Shown here in pieces: positions 1-11,594 of a stretch of 64,000 bases of DNA. A program made the translations under genes and the position numbers. Within the stretch, counting starts at the first letter, position 1; every line of letters starts with the position of its first letter. The notes under the pieces are model-generated. The model searched no databases, was not told the DNA's origin, and was given only the letters and a program-made list of their open reading frames with translations. This stretch comes from Felis catus. Lineage: Eukaryota. The DNA lies in the NCBI RefSeq assembly GCF_018350175.1, contig NC_058368.1, positions 113,772,001-113,836,000 on the forward strand. Reading direction: 5' to 3'.

Positions 1-437
1 GCCCATACACTATGCTCTGAGATGGGAAATATGGAGCTACCTCATCTCTGTCAACCAAACAGCAAGCCTTTAGAGTCTTGAAGACAATTTTCTTTTCCCC
101 TCCCAGAAAAGCCATCTAAGCTCCTTTTTGTCTCATTAACTTTGTGTTCATTTAAAGACAAGAAAAGCACCCCTGTGTTGGCATCGGCCTCTACACGCAG
201 ACAAAAGATTCACAATAGGCTGGCAGGAGCCTCCTTCCCTCTCTGGGTCATCACCAGAATTCTGCCATTAGAATTGTTTTAGTTTGGGGATCATGCAAGT
301 TCACAGCTTAGGGAGATGGAGGTCAGGGTGTGCCATGTCAAAAGAGAGCTTGGCTGTACCTCCAGCAAGCCACACTGCTGAAAGAGGCCCCAACTCAGCA
401 AGGATCTAGAGACTGAGCACAAAAATGGAGTTCCTCA

Positions 438-651
438 GGCACCTGGGTGGCTCAGCCGGTTAAGCATCTGACGTCGGCTCAGGTCATGATCTCGCGATTT
501 GTGGGTTCGAGCCCCGCGCCCAGCTCTGTGCTGACAGCTCGGAGCCTGGAGCCTGCTTTGGATTCTGTGTCTCATTCTCTCTCTGCCCCTCCCCGACTTG
601 TGCTCTGTCTGTCTCTATCAAAAATAAATAAACATAAAAAAAAGTTTTAAA
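438..651 (+). mobile_element. Carnivore tRNA-derived SINE (Can-SINE, felid type)
   Basis: A-box head GGCACCTGGGTGGCTCAG, B-box GGTTCGAGCCC, CT-rich region, AATAAA/A tail; exact 17-bp TSD AAAAATGGAGTTCCTCA at 421-437 and 652-668. Confidence 0.97.
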
Positions 652-1089
652 AAAAATGGAGTTCCTCATGGAGGAAGCTCTCCAAGAAGCTTTCAAGCCA
701 ACATGGAGATGAGACAGCAAATCTGAAGCTGGAGAAGTCACACAGAGCCAAGTGGGTCTTAGAAACACAGTAAAAAAACCAGACTCGTCTCCTGAGCCCC
801 CAGAGGAGCCTGAACTAACTTGAAAGGATTTCTAAGACCATTGAGCAACTAGCTTGAACTAAAACCAAACTTCCTATAAATGTTTCCTACACAAATTCCC
901 CAAATGGAATACAGAAGGATCGGCAAAGTCCTACACACTAAACTGAACCAGCATAAGCCCCCGGGAATAGACAATGCTAGGAAAGCATCACCTCAAGGCA
1001 ACACAGTTCCAGAAGGCATTAATGGATCAGTGAGAAGACAAAACCTCCATCACTGTGCTAACCACACAGAGCCGTAAGGCTCTAGCAAA

Positions 1090-1275
1090 CCTTGGTTCAA
1101 ACACCAGCTCAGCCTCCTTCTAACTGTGGACTCTCAGACTAGTTGATTAATCCCTCTGGACCCATTTGTTTGCCTGTAAAATGAAGAAAATAATGGTGTG
1201 CCTTCTTTATAGGGCTGTGAGGAGGATTAAGAGGGATGTAAAACTTGCCTAGTGTCTACACATGGGAAACCCTAT
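1090..1275 (+). mobile_element. MIR fragment
   Basis: GGTTCAAACACCAGCTC...CTGTAAAATGAAG...GGGCTGTGAGGAGGATTAA resembles the MIR core. Confidence 0.7.
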
Positions 1276-1984
1276 AAATATGATACGGCAGTGTCACTGC
1301 TGTTCCTATAAGATGCTTTACAACTTACCGTGTGATTTCTTATTAAAGTCTCACATATGAGGCTTAGACGAGCAGGTGAGTTCACCCCTTTATAGACTGA
1401 GGAACACAGACCCCAAGTAGAGATTTTAAATCACTTACACACTTCTCTCCACTAGATTTTTCTAAAGTTAAAATGTTGGGAAGAATTTGCCTGGCTACAC
1501 ACATATTCACATATAATTTGCAGATGCCTACAACTTTGAAAGACATCCTCAGGTAATTTGCAACTTAAATTTGTATCATTTCACTGAAGGCATGAAGTAA
1601 ACAGGGAGTTATCAAGCCAAGGAGAACTGTAGGGGGGAAACAGCAGGGGTCCCCAGAAGCTGTCCTAAGATCTTTGGTGGGAGAACACCAAATTTACAAA
1701 GTTAGCATGTACCCAACAAAGGCATATTATGCAGGTCATTAAAATGATGGCCATAAAACCCATGAAACAATATGGAAAAATATAGGGTAAAAAAAAAAAA
1801 TCAAATTGTAGAAATGGATGGCCAGAAGGATTTCAGCAGGAAGGAAGGAGGGAAAAAAAAGTAAACTAGCAGTGGCTATGTTAAGGCAGAACTGTGGGCA
1901 ATGTTCTTTTCCTTCTTCCAAAGATATCTCAGTGTGGAAGTGTAACATAAACAGTATATCCTATATTAGGATCATATACCCTAG

Positions 1985-2170
1985 AGTTAGAGAGACCTGG
2001 GTTTGGATCTCAGCTCTGTCATTTAATGCCTCTGTGATTTCCACAAGTTTTTTATTGTCTATATGCTTCTATTTCTTTATTTGTAGTATGTAGGCAATGA
2101 TAGGACATACCTATCAGGATTTTAGGAAGATAGCATATGCACATATCATTTGAACCATATATGCTCAATT
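1985..2170 (+). mobile_element. MIR fragment
   Basis: AGACCTGGGTTTGGATCTCAGCTCTGTCATTTA...TTTCTTTATTTGTAG MIR-like. Confidence 0.55.
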
Positions 2171-2379
2171 AATTTTAAATGAGTATTCATAAGAAGAAGG
2201 AGAACCTCACTCCCCACTCCTCTTTATCCATAGGGATCCTAGCTGTTCCTAGGACTCTCTTTCTCCTCTCCTAAAATGAGGGAGGAGGACTATAGCACCT
2301 CCACCCCAGCATTGGACTCGGAGGAAGCATGAGGTACCCTTGATACTAGCAATTAAAGTTTCCATATACTTTGAATCCA

Positions 2380-3010
2380 TTACAAAGAGAATTCAAACAA
2401 ATCAGTAAAGGAAAGAAGAAACCAATGAGAAATTGGCAAAGGCTTTGAACAGGCAATTCAAAGACATACAAATGGCCAAATTGTATATGAATCAACTGCC
2501 TAGTAACCAAAATAAAGCACATCAAAATAATACATCACCTATCAAATTTGCAAAGACTGTTTTATTCATTTTTCTCTATTTGTCAGATATGGGGAAAAGT
2601 CTCCTTCCTATTCTCTCTGTGGGCTCATAAAGTAGCACAATGCTCCTGGAGGCCAAGTTCATATTTATATTAAAAGCCACAAAATGTTTGTAACTTTTGA
2701 CTTCACAATTCCACCCATAAGAATTTAACCTATTCAAATAATTAAGAATATGTGCAAAGAGGGGCACCCGGCTGGCTCTGTTGGTGGAGCATGTGACTCT
2801 CGATCTCAGAGTTGTGAGTTCGAGCCTCACACTGGGTGTAGAGATTACTTAAAAATAAAATCTTTAATAAAAAAAAGAATGTATGCAAATATTTGTCAAC
2901 AACGATGTTTGTGGAATTACTTATAATAGTGAAAATGTGGAAACAATCCAAATTTCTAGAAACGGGGAACTAGTTAAATAAACTACATTTATATAGAAGA
3001 ATATGTGGCC
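2380..3010 (+). mobile_element. Old LINE-1 (L1M) 3' fragment, interrupted by a SINE
   Basis: Degenerate ORF2 C-terminal motifs (GCAAAGGCTTTGAACAGGCAATTC, TGGAAACAATCCAAAT). Confidence 0.65.
2761..2876 (+). mobile_element. Short tRNA-derived carnivore SINE (no CT tract)
   Basis: GGGGCACCCGGCTGGCTC...GAGTTCGAGCCTCACACTGGGTGTAGAGATTACTT then A tail; imperfect TSD AAGAATATGTGCAAA / AAGAATGTATGCAAA. Confidence 0.9.
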
Positions 3011-4093
3011 ACTAAGTTATGTTATTTGGGAATATCTCACAGCTGGGAACATATGGCATTAATTGAATAAAAATAATCAATCAGTATTATCTGAGGTTGG
3101 TTCCACAGAAGCAGAGCCTGAGGCAAGGATTCCTGAGAAAGTGATTTATTGATAGAGTGCTGTAGGGAGAAGAGTAACACAGTAGGAACATGCAGGCAAA
3201 GAAAGCCAAGCACAACTGTGGTCCCCACTGGAGAATAGCTTCAGCCTGGACCCATGGAGAGCTCTGGGACAGAGTAATACCCCCAGGTTGGTTCCCCATG
3301 AGAGACTGGTCTTTCATTTCCCTGTGGCATTGACTGCTGCCTACCAGAAGTGTGAGTTATGAGGGTATACAATCTCTGCCAAGGGTAAGTCTCCTAAGAA
3401 GAAGCACCACTGACATCCGCTTGCTCCTCATGTTAAAGTCACCCCATCCACCCACAACTTCTCCAGGATTCTGATAGGTTATACTTCCTGAGAAATCACA
3501 CAAGAGGTGGGTAACTTAGTTGATGCTGTACTTAGTCTTGAAGTTATAACTGATGCTTGTCCTTCCCCTCCCCTTGGCTAGTCCGTCTGCTAGCCTGGGT
3601 AACTTGCCCGGTGGGGCAACCCAGACCCTTATCCATGAAGAATCTGAGCCCCAGATCACCATGCCTTTAACAGACTGTAACTGCTATCGTTGCCCATTTA
3701 TAGGTATAAGTAGTCATGGAAGTGCCAAGGGATCTCAGGGAATCAACTCAGTATATTTCTCTTACCACCACCACATACCAAAGTCCTACCTTCTCATGAC
3801 GGTGAGGGTCAATTATTCCATTTTGTGCTTGGTCTTCTGTTGTCAAATGGGAAGTCCAAAGTGACAAGGCAGCAGCCATAGTCTAAGTTTAGTGGAACAC
3901 CTCCTGTGTACCCTAGTGGAAGCAACTCCCATCTAGGATATAGGATCTCTAGCTGCAAACAGGAAGTGTGCAAAGACTCCAAATGGGTCATGAAAATGAT
4001 GATGAGCATCGATGCTCCTTCTTACCATCCTTGAGTCTCACCAATGTATCCTGTCTTCTGGGGACATAGCACTATAGAATGGCATTTGGTTTA

Positions 4094-4321
4094 GGGCACC
4101 TGGGTGACTCAAGTTGGTTGGGTGACTGACTTTGGCTCAGGTCATGATCTCACTGCTTGTGAATTCGAGCCCCATGTCAGGCTCTGGGGCTCTGTACTGA
4201 CAGCTCGGAGCCTGGAGCCTGCTTCGGATTCTGTCTCTCTCTCTCTCTGCCCCTCCCCTCCTCAGGCTTGCTCTCTCTCTCTCAAATAAAAAAAAAAATT
4301 TTTTTAATAAATAAATTTTTA
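4094..4321 (+). mobile_element. Can-SINE
   Basis: Head GGGCACCTGGGTGACTCA, CT tract, A tail; internal GGCTCTG duplication. Confidence 0.95.
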
Positions 4322-4334
4322 AAATGGCATTTTA

Positions 4335-4550
4335 GGGGCTCCTGGGTGGCTCAGTCGGTTAAGTGTCCGACTTCAGCTCAAGTCACGATCTTGCGGTCCG
4401 CGAGTTTGAGCCCCGTGTCGGGCTCTGGGCTGATGGCTCAGAGCCTGGAGCCTGCTTCCGATTCTGTGTCTCCCTCTCTCTCTGCCCCTCCCCTGTTCAT
4501 GCTGTGTCTCTCTCTGTCTCAAAAATAAATAAACGTTAAAAAAATTGTTT
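4335..4550 (+). mobile_element. Can-SINE (younger, CpG-retaining)
   Basis: Full head, CT tract and tail; TSD AAATGGCATTTTA at 4322-4334 and 4551-4563. Confidence 0.97.
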
Positions 4551-5059
4551 AAATGGCATTTTAAAATGAATACTTCAGCTATATCTTTAAGAGGTTGTTC
4601 CAATCCTTAACCAGACCAACAGCTTCAGGATGATGCAGTATACAAAAGGGTCAGTGGATCCCATGGTTATGTGCTCACTGCCATACCTCCTTTGCTATAA
4701 AATAGTTCCCTGGTCCAAGGCAATGTTATGTGGTATCCCATGTCAGTACATCAAACACTAATTTGATCTTTGCATCTGCTAGTGGTGCTGGCTGAGACAG
4801 AGCATGCTGGAAAGGCAAATCCGAACCCAGAGTATCTGTCAGTCCTGGTCAGAATGAAATGTTTCCCATTCCAAGTTGGAAGAGATCTGAAATACAAAGG
4901 TTCAGCAATGGTTTCTGTTTCTAGTAGGTCAACATTCAGCAGTGACTGAGTTGATTTACTAGTAGGTAAATTTCTCTTAGGGAAAGGGAAGCCATGTTGG
5001 TGAAACTATCAATAGTCTTCATTTCTGCTGCAAGGTCACTCAATTCATCAACCTGAGTG

Positions 5060-5900
5060 CAAGAAATATAGATGTATGCACATGCATGCATTAGTACATG
5101 CACCCATGTTTCCTAGCCCTAGCTTCTGAGAGATTCTAAAATAACCAAGTAGCAGTGAGCATACCTAGTGCCCAGGTCTTGGTTTCAAAATCCTATTTTC
5201 TAATAAAAGAAACCAGGGCTCCTTGAGAAGTGGATGATTGCTGGGCTAGAGCAGGGAAACAGAAGATAAGTTTGGCACATTTTGTACTGCCAGAAAGTAG
5301 GAAAGTGCTCACAAAGATGTGGCCTTGTCAAAAGAACAGGATCAAACCTGAAGGACGTCCTCATGGCCAAAGCTGGAAAATTTTTGGAAACAAAATAAAT
5401 AATTACTGTATTGGATTTAAACCATAAAATAACATAGATGTCCGTGAGTCTATACTGATATAATGAATGAATGAATGAATGAATGAATGAATGAATGAAT
5501 GAATGAGTGGGTGGATAAATAAATAAATAAATAGTGAGAATGGGCATTTCTTCCTTATAGTTGAATTCCAATTAATAAATGCAGAATGAAAGAGCAAGTA
5601 GAAAATCACTATTAGTCAAACACCACAGTAATCATTGTTATAGACAAGGTCTACCGATGGGTGGTAAAATTAGTCGGTGGAAATTTGAAGACAAACAGGA
5701 CATGATTAGTCTGCAACTACCTCCCTCAAGATATTTATTACAAAAGGAAGATACCAACTTTATAAGGGAGAACTGTAGCAGAAACCACTTTAACCAAGTT
5801 GTGGAAGTCAACATCACCAGTGCTGAAACAATCTATTAACATCATGACCTCTTGATATGATGGAAAATAAGGACATAACTCATTCCTTTGGCGTTCTTGC

Positions 5901-5935
<35 letters not shown>

Positions 5936-6325
5936 TAACCTCATTCCAAACATAAGACTGAAGGATATGCTACAAAATAATTGATAAGTATTCTTCAGAA
6001 GTCCAGGATGATGAAAAATAAGAAAAACTGAAGAACTGTTCACAATTATGCAAGACTAAAGATAAATTACAACCAAATGTGGGATTCTGGAGTGGAAAAG
6101 GGACAATGGGGGAATACTGATGAAATTTAGATAAAGTGTATAGTTGATTCATTGTATTGTGCCAGTGTTAGTTTCCTGGTTTTCTACTATGTTCCTTAAT
6201 GATGTCATCATTAAGGTAAGCTAAGTAACAGATATAAAGAAAGATTTCTGTACTATTTTTGCAACTGTCCTACAAGCCTAAAATGAGTTCAAAATGAAAA
6301 GTTAAAAAATAAACATCCAAAAAAT
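5060..6325 (+). mobile_element. Old LINE-1 (L1MC/L1MD-like) 3' UTR fragment
   Basis: AAAAGAAACCAGGGCTCCTTGAGAAGTGG, TACTATTTTTGCAACT and terminal TCAAAATGAAAAGTTAAAAAA typical of L1M 3' UTRs. Confidence 0.7.
5462..5506. repeat. (GAAT)n microsatellite
   Basis: Directly visible. Confidence 0.95.
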
Positions 6326-6809
6326 AAAGTGCACTTCACATTGTATAAATCAAGGCAGGGGGAAAGGAAGTATAGACCCAGATAATGCAAACTCTTCCAT
6401 GTTACCTAAGTCTAAGCAAAATAAGCAACTCAGGTGGAAAAATAAAAAATCATGTCCCCTCCTTAAACCTAACAGAAACAGTATTTAGAGTTTCCACATG
6501 CTGTGTTCTTCCATTAACATGGATAATTGGAAATTGACTGCCTTTAGAAATGATGCCCAGTTCCTCTCTCTGAGTACAACACAAGATAAATTCCCAGGGC
6601 AATGGCCTATGTTATTGAGTCCCACAGTAATTAAGTTAATGTATCCTATCTTGTGTGTAGAGGTGTAATTCAGGTGGTACAAATCCTTTATTGAACTCAA
6701 ATTCAATAGTCATGTACAATTCCACTATTTGTGGTGTTCACAAAGGCTGTAGGAAAACTATAAAAGGTGATACATTATAATCATATTCATATGAAGGTTG
6801 GGTGTTTCA

Positions 6810-7620
6810 CCTGACACAAGCCATTCATGGGTTACCCTTTCATTTGTACAGAAGAAATGTTCAAGTGAGTAAACAGCAGCATATAATAAATGGAGCAGAA
6901 GCCTGTGGCTTTTGCCTGCCCAGGATTCTTTTCTCTTTCTTCTATAAATACGCCTTCATTTTCCTTGAGAAACCACCTCCTCCCTTCTCTCAGCCCACAT
7001 GATTCAGAACAGCAGGTGCCACAGCCTAGCTCCTGAGATGGCCACATGACCCCAGCCTGCCCAAACAGCATATAATTCCCCTGGCCACACTTCAAGACGG
7101 TTCTGGAAGGGCAAATGACCCCAGCCTGGCCAGTGAGGCTCCATTCTAGGGCTTTTGTTGTAACTATTGAGAAACAGAAGGGCTCATCTTTTCATAGATG
7201 ACATTAAAGATGATAGGAGGTAAACCCAGAGTCAGGGGTACCCATCTTCCTGTCATCTTGGAAGAAATGCTGAACAAGGCCAACAGGGGTAAGAACAGAG
7301 CTAAGAGAGACTGAGAAACCAGGTATATTTGTCAACACCTTCTTTCTTTCTCTCTTTCTTTCCTTCTTTCTTTCTTTCTTTCTTTCTCTTCCTTTCCTTC
7401 CTTCCTTCCCTTTCTCTTCTTCCTTCCTTCCTTCTTTTCTTTCTTTCCTCCTTTCTTTCCTTCCTTCCTTTCCTTTCTCTTTTTTCTCTTTTCTTTCTTC
7501 CTTTCCTTTCTTTCTTCTTTCCTTCCCGTTTGTTTCTCTTCCTTCCTTCCTTCCTTAATTCCTTCCTTCCTTTTTTCCTAAAGCCACTTTAGTTGGGTTT
7601 CTAATAGTTACTAATGTAAT
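6810..7620 (-). mobile_element. MaLR LTR (MLT1-like) split by a pyrimidine microsatellite
   Basis: CACATGACCCCAGCCTGCCCAA..., CAGAGCTAAGAGAGA and terminal AAGCCACTTTAGTTGGGTTTC resemble MLT1J/K. Confidence 0.6.
7341..7576. repeat. Polypyrimidine (TTTC/TTCC)n low-complexity tract
   Basis: About 235 nt almost entirely C/T. Confidence 0.95.
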
Positions 7621-8964
7621 AAACATTTTAAAATAGATTTTCAGGCGAAAGAAAAAACACACACACATTTGAAATCTCAGCACCCAGATCTATCTTAAAT
7701 TCACCCACTGCTATAGCATTATAAACAATCCTGTCTTTATAATTCTTCTAATTATCCTCTCTCTTTCCTAGCCATCCCTCTCACCTCGCACCTCAACAAC
7801 ATGTACAAATGTCATCTATTCCCAGAGCCATCACGTGTCCCACCTGGCCCTTCCCCACATGTCACATGTGTGAAACCTTTATACCGGAAACTTTGAATTT
7901 TCTCTAAGCTCTAAAATAAATGGAGAGGAGTGGGGAGGCTGGGAAAAGCAGGAAAGACTTGCATGGTCATTCTGGGGTTAAACTTGGAGGTTTATTCTAA
8001 CAGGAGAGGCAGCCAGGTAGCCATGACCTGTATTTTCATGCCAGCCACCAACCAGCTCAGCAATCTTGGGAAAGGCACCTAAACGCCCAGGCTCCAGCTC
8101 TTAGGCCATGTAAGGAAAGGTTATCCTAAAAGAGAAAGGGACTTTCTCTGCCATAGTGTTTTATCAGATCAAGCTACAGTGTTATTATACAGCCTTAACA
8201 TTTTACCTAACTTCCTCCATTGGCCAACTTCCCACAGGCCAGAGACCATCTGCCTGCAAACAAGGAGTAATAGCAATTAATGACAGCAAACATTTTCTGT
8301 GTACCTACTATGTGCCAGTACTAGACATGCTTCTATCTGCATCTCCAGTCCCCACAGCAATGCTTTGAGGTAGGTCATTTTAGTCTCCTTTGTGAAATAA
8401 GGAAACAAAGAGGTCAGACTACTTGACTGAGATCCCACATCTAGGAATGTCAGCACCATTATTCTAGCCCAGATCTGGCTAGCCAAAAAGCCCCTCCCCT
8501 TTCCTCTGTGTCACATTCCTCCACAGGAACTCTTGTCCTTTATCACCTTCCAGCTTACCCAGAAGAGCCACAAGCAGAAACACCTGTGTTGAGGTAGTAT
8601 CACTGGAGATGGGCTGGGAGCAGCCTGTGTGCAACGTGGGAAGGACTGGACAATCATCTCCACACCTTCCAACCAGCAATCCAAATAAAAGACTATATCC
8701 CAGGCAGTAATGATAAATAAAAAGTATACATTTCCAACATATGTAAAGGAGGCTCATCATAACACTATTTAAAATGAAGGGAAAAATTCCAGAACCATCC
8801 ACATGGGGAATGGCCGAGCTGAGTGCCACAGACCATAGGAGAGAGACTGTGTAGCCCTAAAAAGTGACACTCACTATTTTGTACATGAAAAAAAGATCAA
8901 GCAAAAAAAAAAAATGTGGGGGGAGGGGAGCAGAAACCAAAAGAATAATAACAGCTACAACAAA

Positions 8965-9190
8965 ATAACCTTGTTTGATCATTTACTATGTGAATACCAC
9001 CTTACACAAATTATCCCATTGAATTCTCAACTATAATTCTATATAGTAGGTATTATTATTCATACCCATTTTTCAGAGGAGGAAAATCAGACTGATGTTA
9101 AGTAAAACACTCAAAGTAATTAAAATAGAACCCATTTTAGAAATAGGGAAATTTGACCTCAGAGACTTATCTTTCAAGTGTTTATCACTA
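8965..9190 (-). mobile_element. MIR fragment
   Basis: GTAGGTATTATTATTCATACCCATTTTTCAGAGGAGGAAA is the reverse MIR core. Confidence 0.7.
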
Positions 9191-9235
9191 CTATGTGAAA
9201 ATGCAGATACAAACATGCATTTAAGAACAACTATA

Positions 9236-9457
9236 GGGGCGCCTGGGTGGCTTGATCAGTTAAGCGTCCGACTTCGGCTCAGGTCATGATCTCACAGTCC
9301 ATGAGTTCGAGCCCCGCATCGAGCTCTGTGCTGACAGCCCAGAGACTGGAGCCTGTTTCAGATTCTGTGTCTCCTTCTCTCTTTGCCCCTCCCCTGTTCA
9401 TGCTCTGTCTCTGTCTCAAAAATAAATAAACGTTAAAAAAAATTTAAAAAAAAAAAA
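9236..9457 (+). mobile_element. Can-SINE
   Basis: GGGGCGCCTGGGTGG head; TSD AAGAACAACTATA at 9223-9235 and 9458-9470. Confidence 0.97.
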
Positions 9458-9479
9458 AAGAACAACTATATAGGAATGC

Positions 9480-10200
9480 CTAGTATGCCATGCCCTTTAT
9501 AGGGTTCTGCGATTCAGAATTAAAAAAACAAGTATGTTTGTATTTCCCATGGAGCTTACGTTCTGGCGGAAGTAGAAGACAGACAAGTTTGACAGTGGAG
9601 ATAAAGACTATGAAGAAAACATAGCAAAGTAAAAGAACAGGGAGAGAATGGGAAGGTGCTGGTTTAAATGTTTAAATAGGGTTGCCCAGTAAGTCCTTTT
9701 TGAGAAGGTGACATGTGGGCAGAGTAAGAAAAGGTGGAATAAGCCACACAGCTGATGTCAAGGAGGGGGTGGAAGCAGGGTTGCTCCAAGGAAAAGACAG
9801 ATTAAATGCTAAGGCACTGAGGAAGGATGCACCTGTGTGTTCAAAGAACAGCAGGAATGCCAGTGTGACTACAGGAGGAGGTAGGGGAGAGAGAGGAGGT
9901 GAGTTCAGAATGACAGGTATGATCCTCAGGACTTTGCAGGCCATTGCAAGGCATTTGGATTTTATGAAATGGGAAAAACTTTGGAAGGGTTTCAAGTGAG
10001 GAGTGACATGATCTGATTAGTTTTAGAAGGACTGATCTGGCTGCTGTGGGGAGAACAGACTGGCAAGGTAGGTGAGTGCAATCAGTAAGAAGTAGATTAG
10101 GATTCTGGATATATTTTGAAGACATGCTTGATGCCATTTCTTCATGGTTTGGACGTTGGATATGGAAACAAAAGAGAAGTCAGGGATGACACCAAAGGAA
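9480..10200 (-). mobile_element. LINE-2 fragment
   Basis: GAGTGACATGATCTGATTAGTTTTAGAAGG..CTGGCTGCTGTG and GATTCTGGATATATTTTGAAG are typical antisense L2. Confidence 0.8.
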
Positions 10201-10329
10201 GCTCTGACAAGGATAAAAAGGGAAGTTACAAAGAATATTTTATGGTAAAGGAAATTTTTCTATAAAATGCTTGAATAATAATGAATTACATGTCACCAAA
10301 ATTGAAATGATAAAAATAATTGTATATAA

Positions 10330-11530
10330 ATTCAGTAAAATGGTACAGCCATTATGGAAAACAGTATGGCAGATCTCCCCAAAATTAAAAATATAATTAT
10401 GATATGACATAGCAAATCCATTTCTGGATACATAAAAAATTGAAAGCAGAGACTGGAACAGATACTTGTACACCCACATTCATAGTGACATTATTCACAA
10501 GAATCAAAAGGTAGAAACAACTCAAGTGTCCATTGACGGATGGATAAACAAAATGGTGTACATACATACAGTGGAATATTATTCATCTTAAAAAGGAAGA
10601 AAATTCTGATATATGCTACAGCGTGGATGAAACTTGGGGACACTATGTAAAGTGAAATGAGTCAGTCATTAAAAGACAAATACTGTATGATTCCACTTAT
10701 ATGAGGTACCTAGAACAGTCAAAACTATAGTGAAGCTGGCATCAACCTTCTAAGTTTCGATAGAAGAATGAACACTACAGGTCATCCCAAGGCTCAACCA
10801 GACTGGCCAAGGAACACATAGGGCAAGGCTCAATGGATATGAATGCTTATCATTCAACTATTTGTAGGACAGGTACAGATATACCTAATTCAATCTCTAA
10901 TTCAATCTCTAACCTAATTCAGATATACCTAATTCAATCTCTAACATCAAGAATAAAGGTATTTTTTGGATCCAAAGTATTTTGAGATAGAACAGAGCTC
11001 CAGGGACCAGACAAAGAAGCACCAAAAGTTATCAAGTAACATCTGCTAACATGACCTCATGGGCCTCTAATCCATGGTGTACACCTTCTCAAGAGACCTC
11101 TGCCTCAAGTTTTTCCCTAAAAACCTTCATCTGTAAGCCACCTGGGAGTTAGGGACTTTTGAGCACTAGCTCTTTGTTCTCCGTGGCACCACACCAATAA
11201 ACCACCCATCTTTCTTCACTGCAAAAGTTCGGTATCATTTTTTGTTGGCTTGCTGCACATCAGGTGAGCAAACTCCCATTTGGTTTGATTACAGTGGAGA
11301 CAGAAAGTAGAATTATGGTTGTCAGGGGCTGGAGGGAAGGGGAATGGGGAGTTCCTGTATAATGAGTATAGAGTTTCAGTTCCACAAGATGAAAAAAGTT
11401 CTGGAGATGGATGGTAATGGTTATTGCACAACAATAGGAATGTGGTTAATACCAATAAACTATACACTTAAAAATGGTTATGTGCTAAATATTACGTTAC
11501 ATGCATTTTATCACAACAGAAAACATTTTA
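10330..11530 (+). mobile_element. L1MB-like 3' end, split by a solo LTR
   Basis: ORF2 C-terminus/3' UTR motifs (TGATTCCACTTATATGAGGTACCTAG ... GAGACAGAAAGTAGAAT ... AAAAGTTCTGGAGATGGATGGT) collinear on both sides of the insertion. Confidence 0.85.
10731..11293 (+). mobile_element. Solo ERV LTR (ERV1-like)
   Basis: TG...CA termini (TGAAGCTG...GATTACA), AATAAA near 11196, precisely interrupts the collinear L1. Confidence 0.75.
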
Positions 11531-11547
11531 AGTCACCACCAAACAAC

Positions 11548-11553
<6 letters not shown>

Positions 11554-11591
<38 letters not shown>
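11554..11591. repeat. (CA)n microsatellite
   Basis: Directly visible. Confidence 0.95.

Positions 11592-11594
<3 letters not shown>

Larger units (their letters stand above)
3085..5040 (-). mobile_element. Ancient ERVL-class LTR plus internal remnant (LTR16/ERV3-16A3-like), interrupted by two SINEs
   Basis: CAGAAGCAGAGCCTGAGGCAAGGATT...GATTTATT LTR-like end; internal GGTGGGGCAACCCAGACCCTTATCCATGAAG resembles recalled ERVL internal sequence. Confidence 0.55.

Noticed and set aside
447..650. Recurrent ORFs starting MAQ.VK..T.AQV (also 13696, 17187, 24226, 41361, 54368 and others) that look like a gene family
   Set aside because: They are translations of SINE bodies from GTG starts, not genes.
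2761..2876. tRNA gene
   Set aside because: The tRNA-like head is followed by a SINE-specific 3' sequence, an A tail and a TSD, so it is a SINE.
7329..7592. Hydrophobic F/L/S ORF resembling a membrane protein (likewise 14008-14346)
   Set aside because: Translation of a pyrimidine simple repeat.
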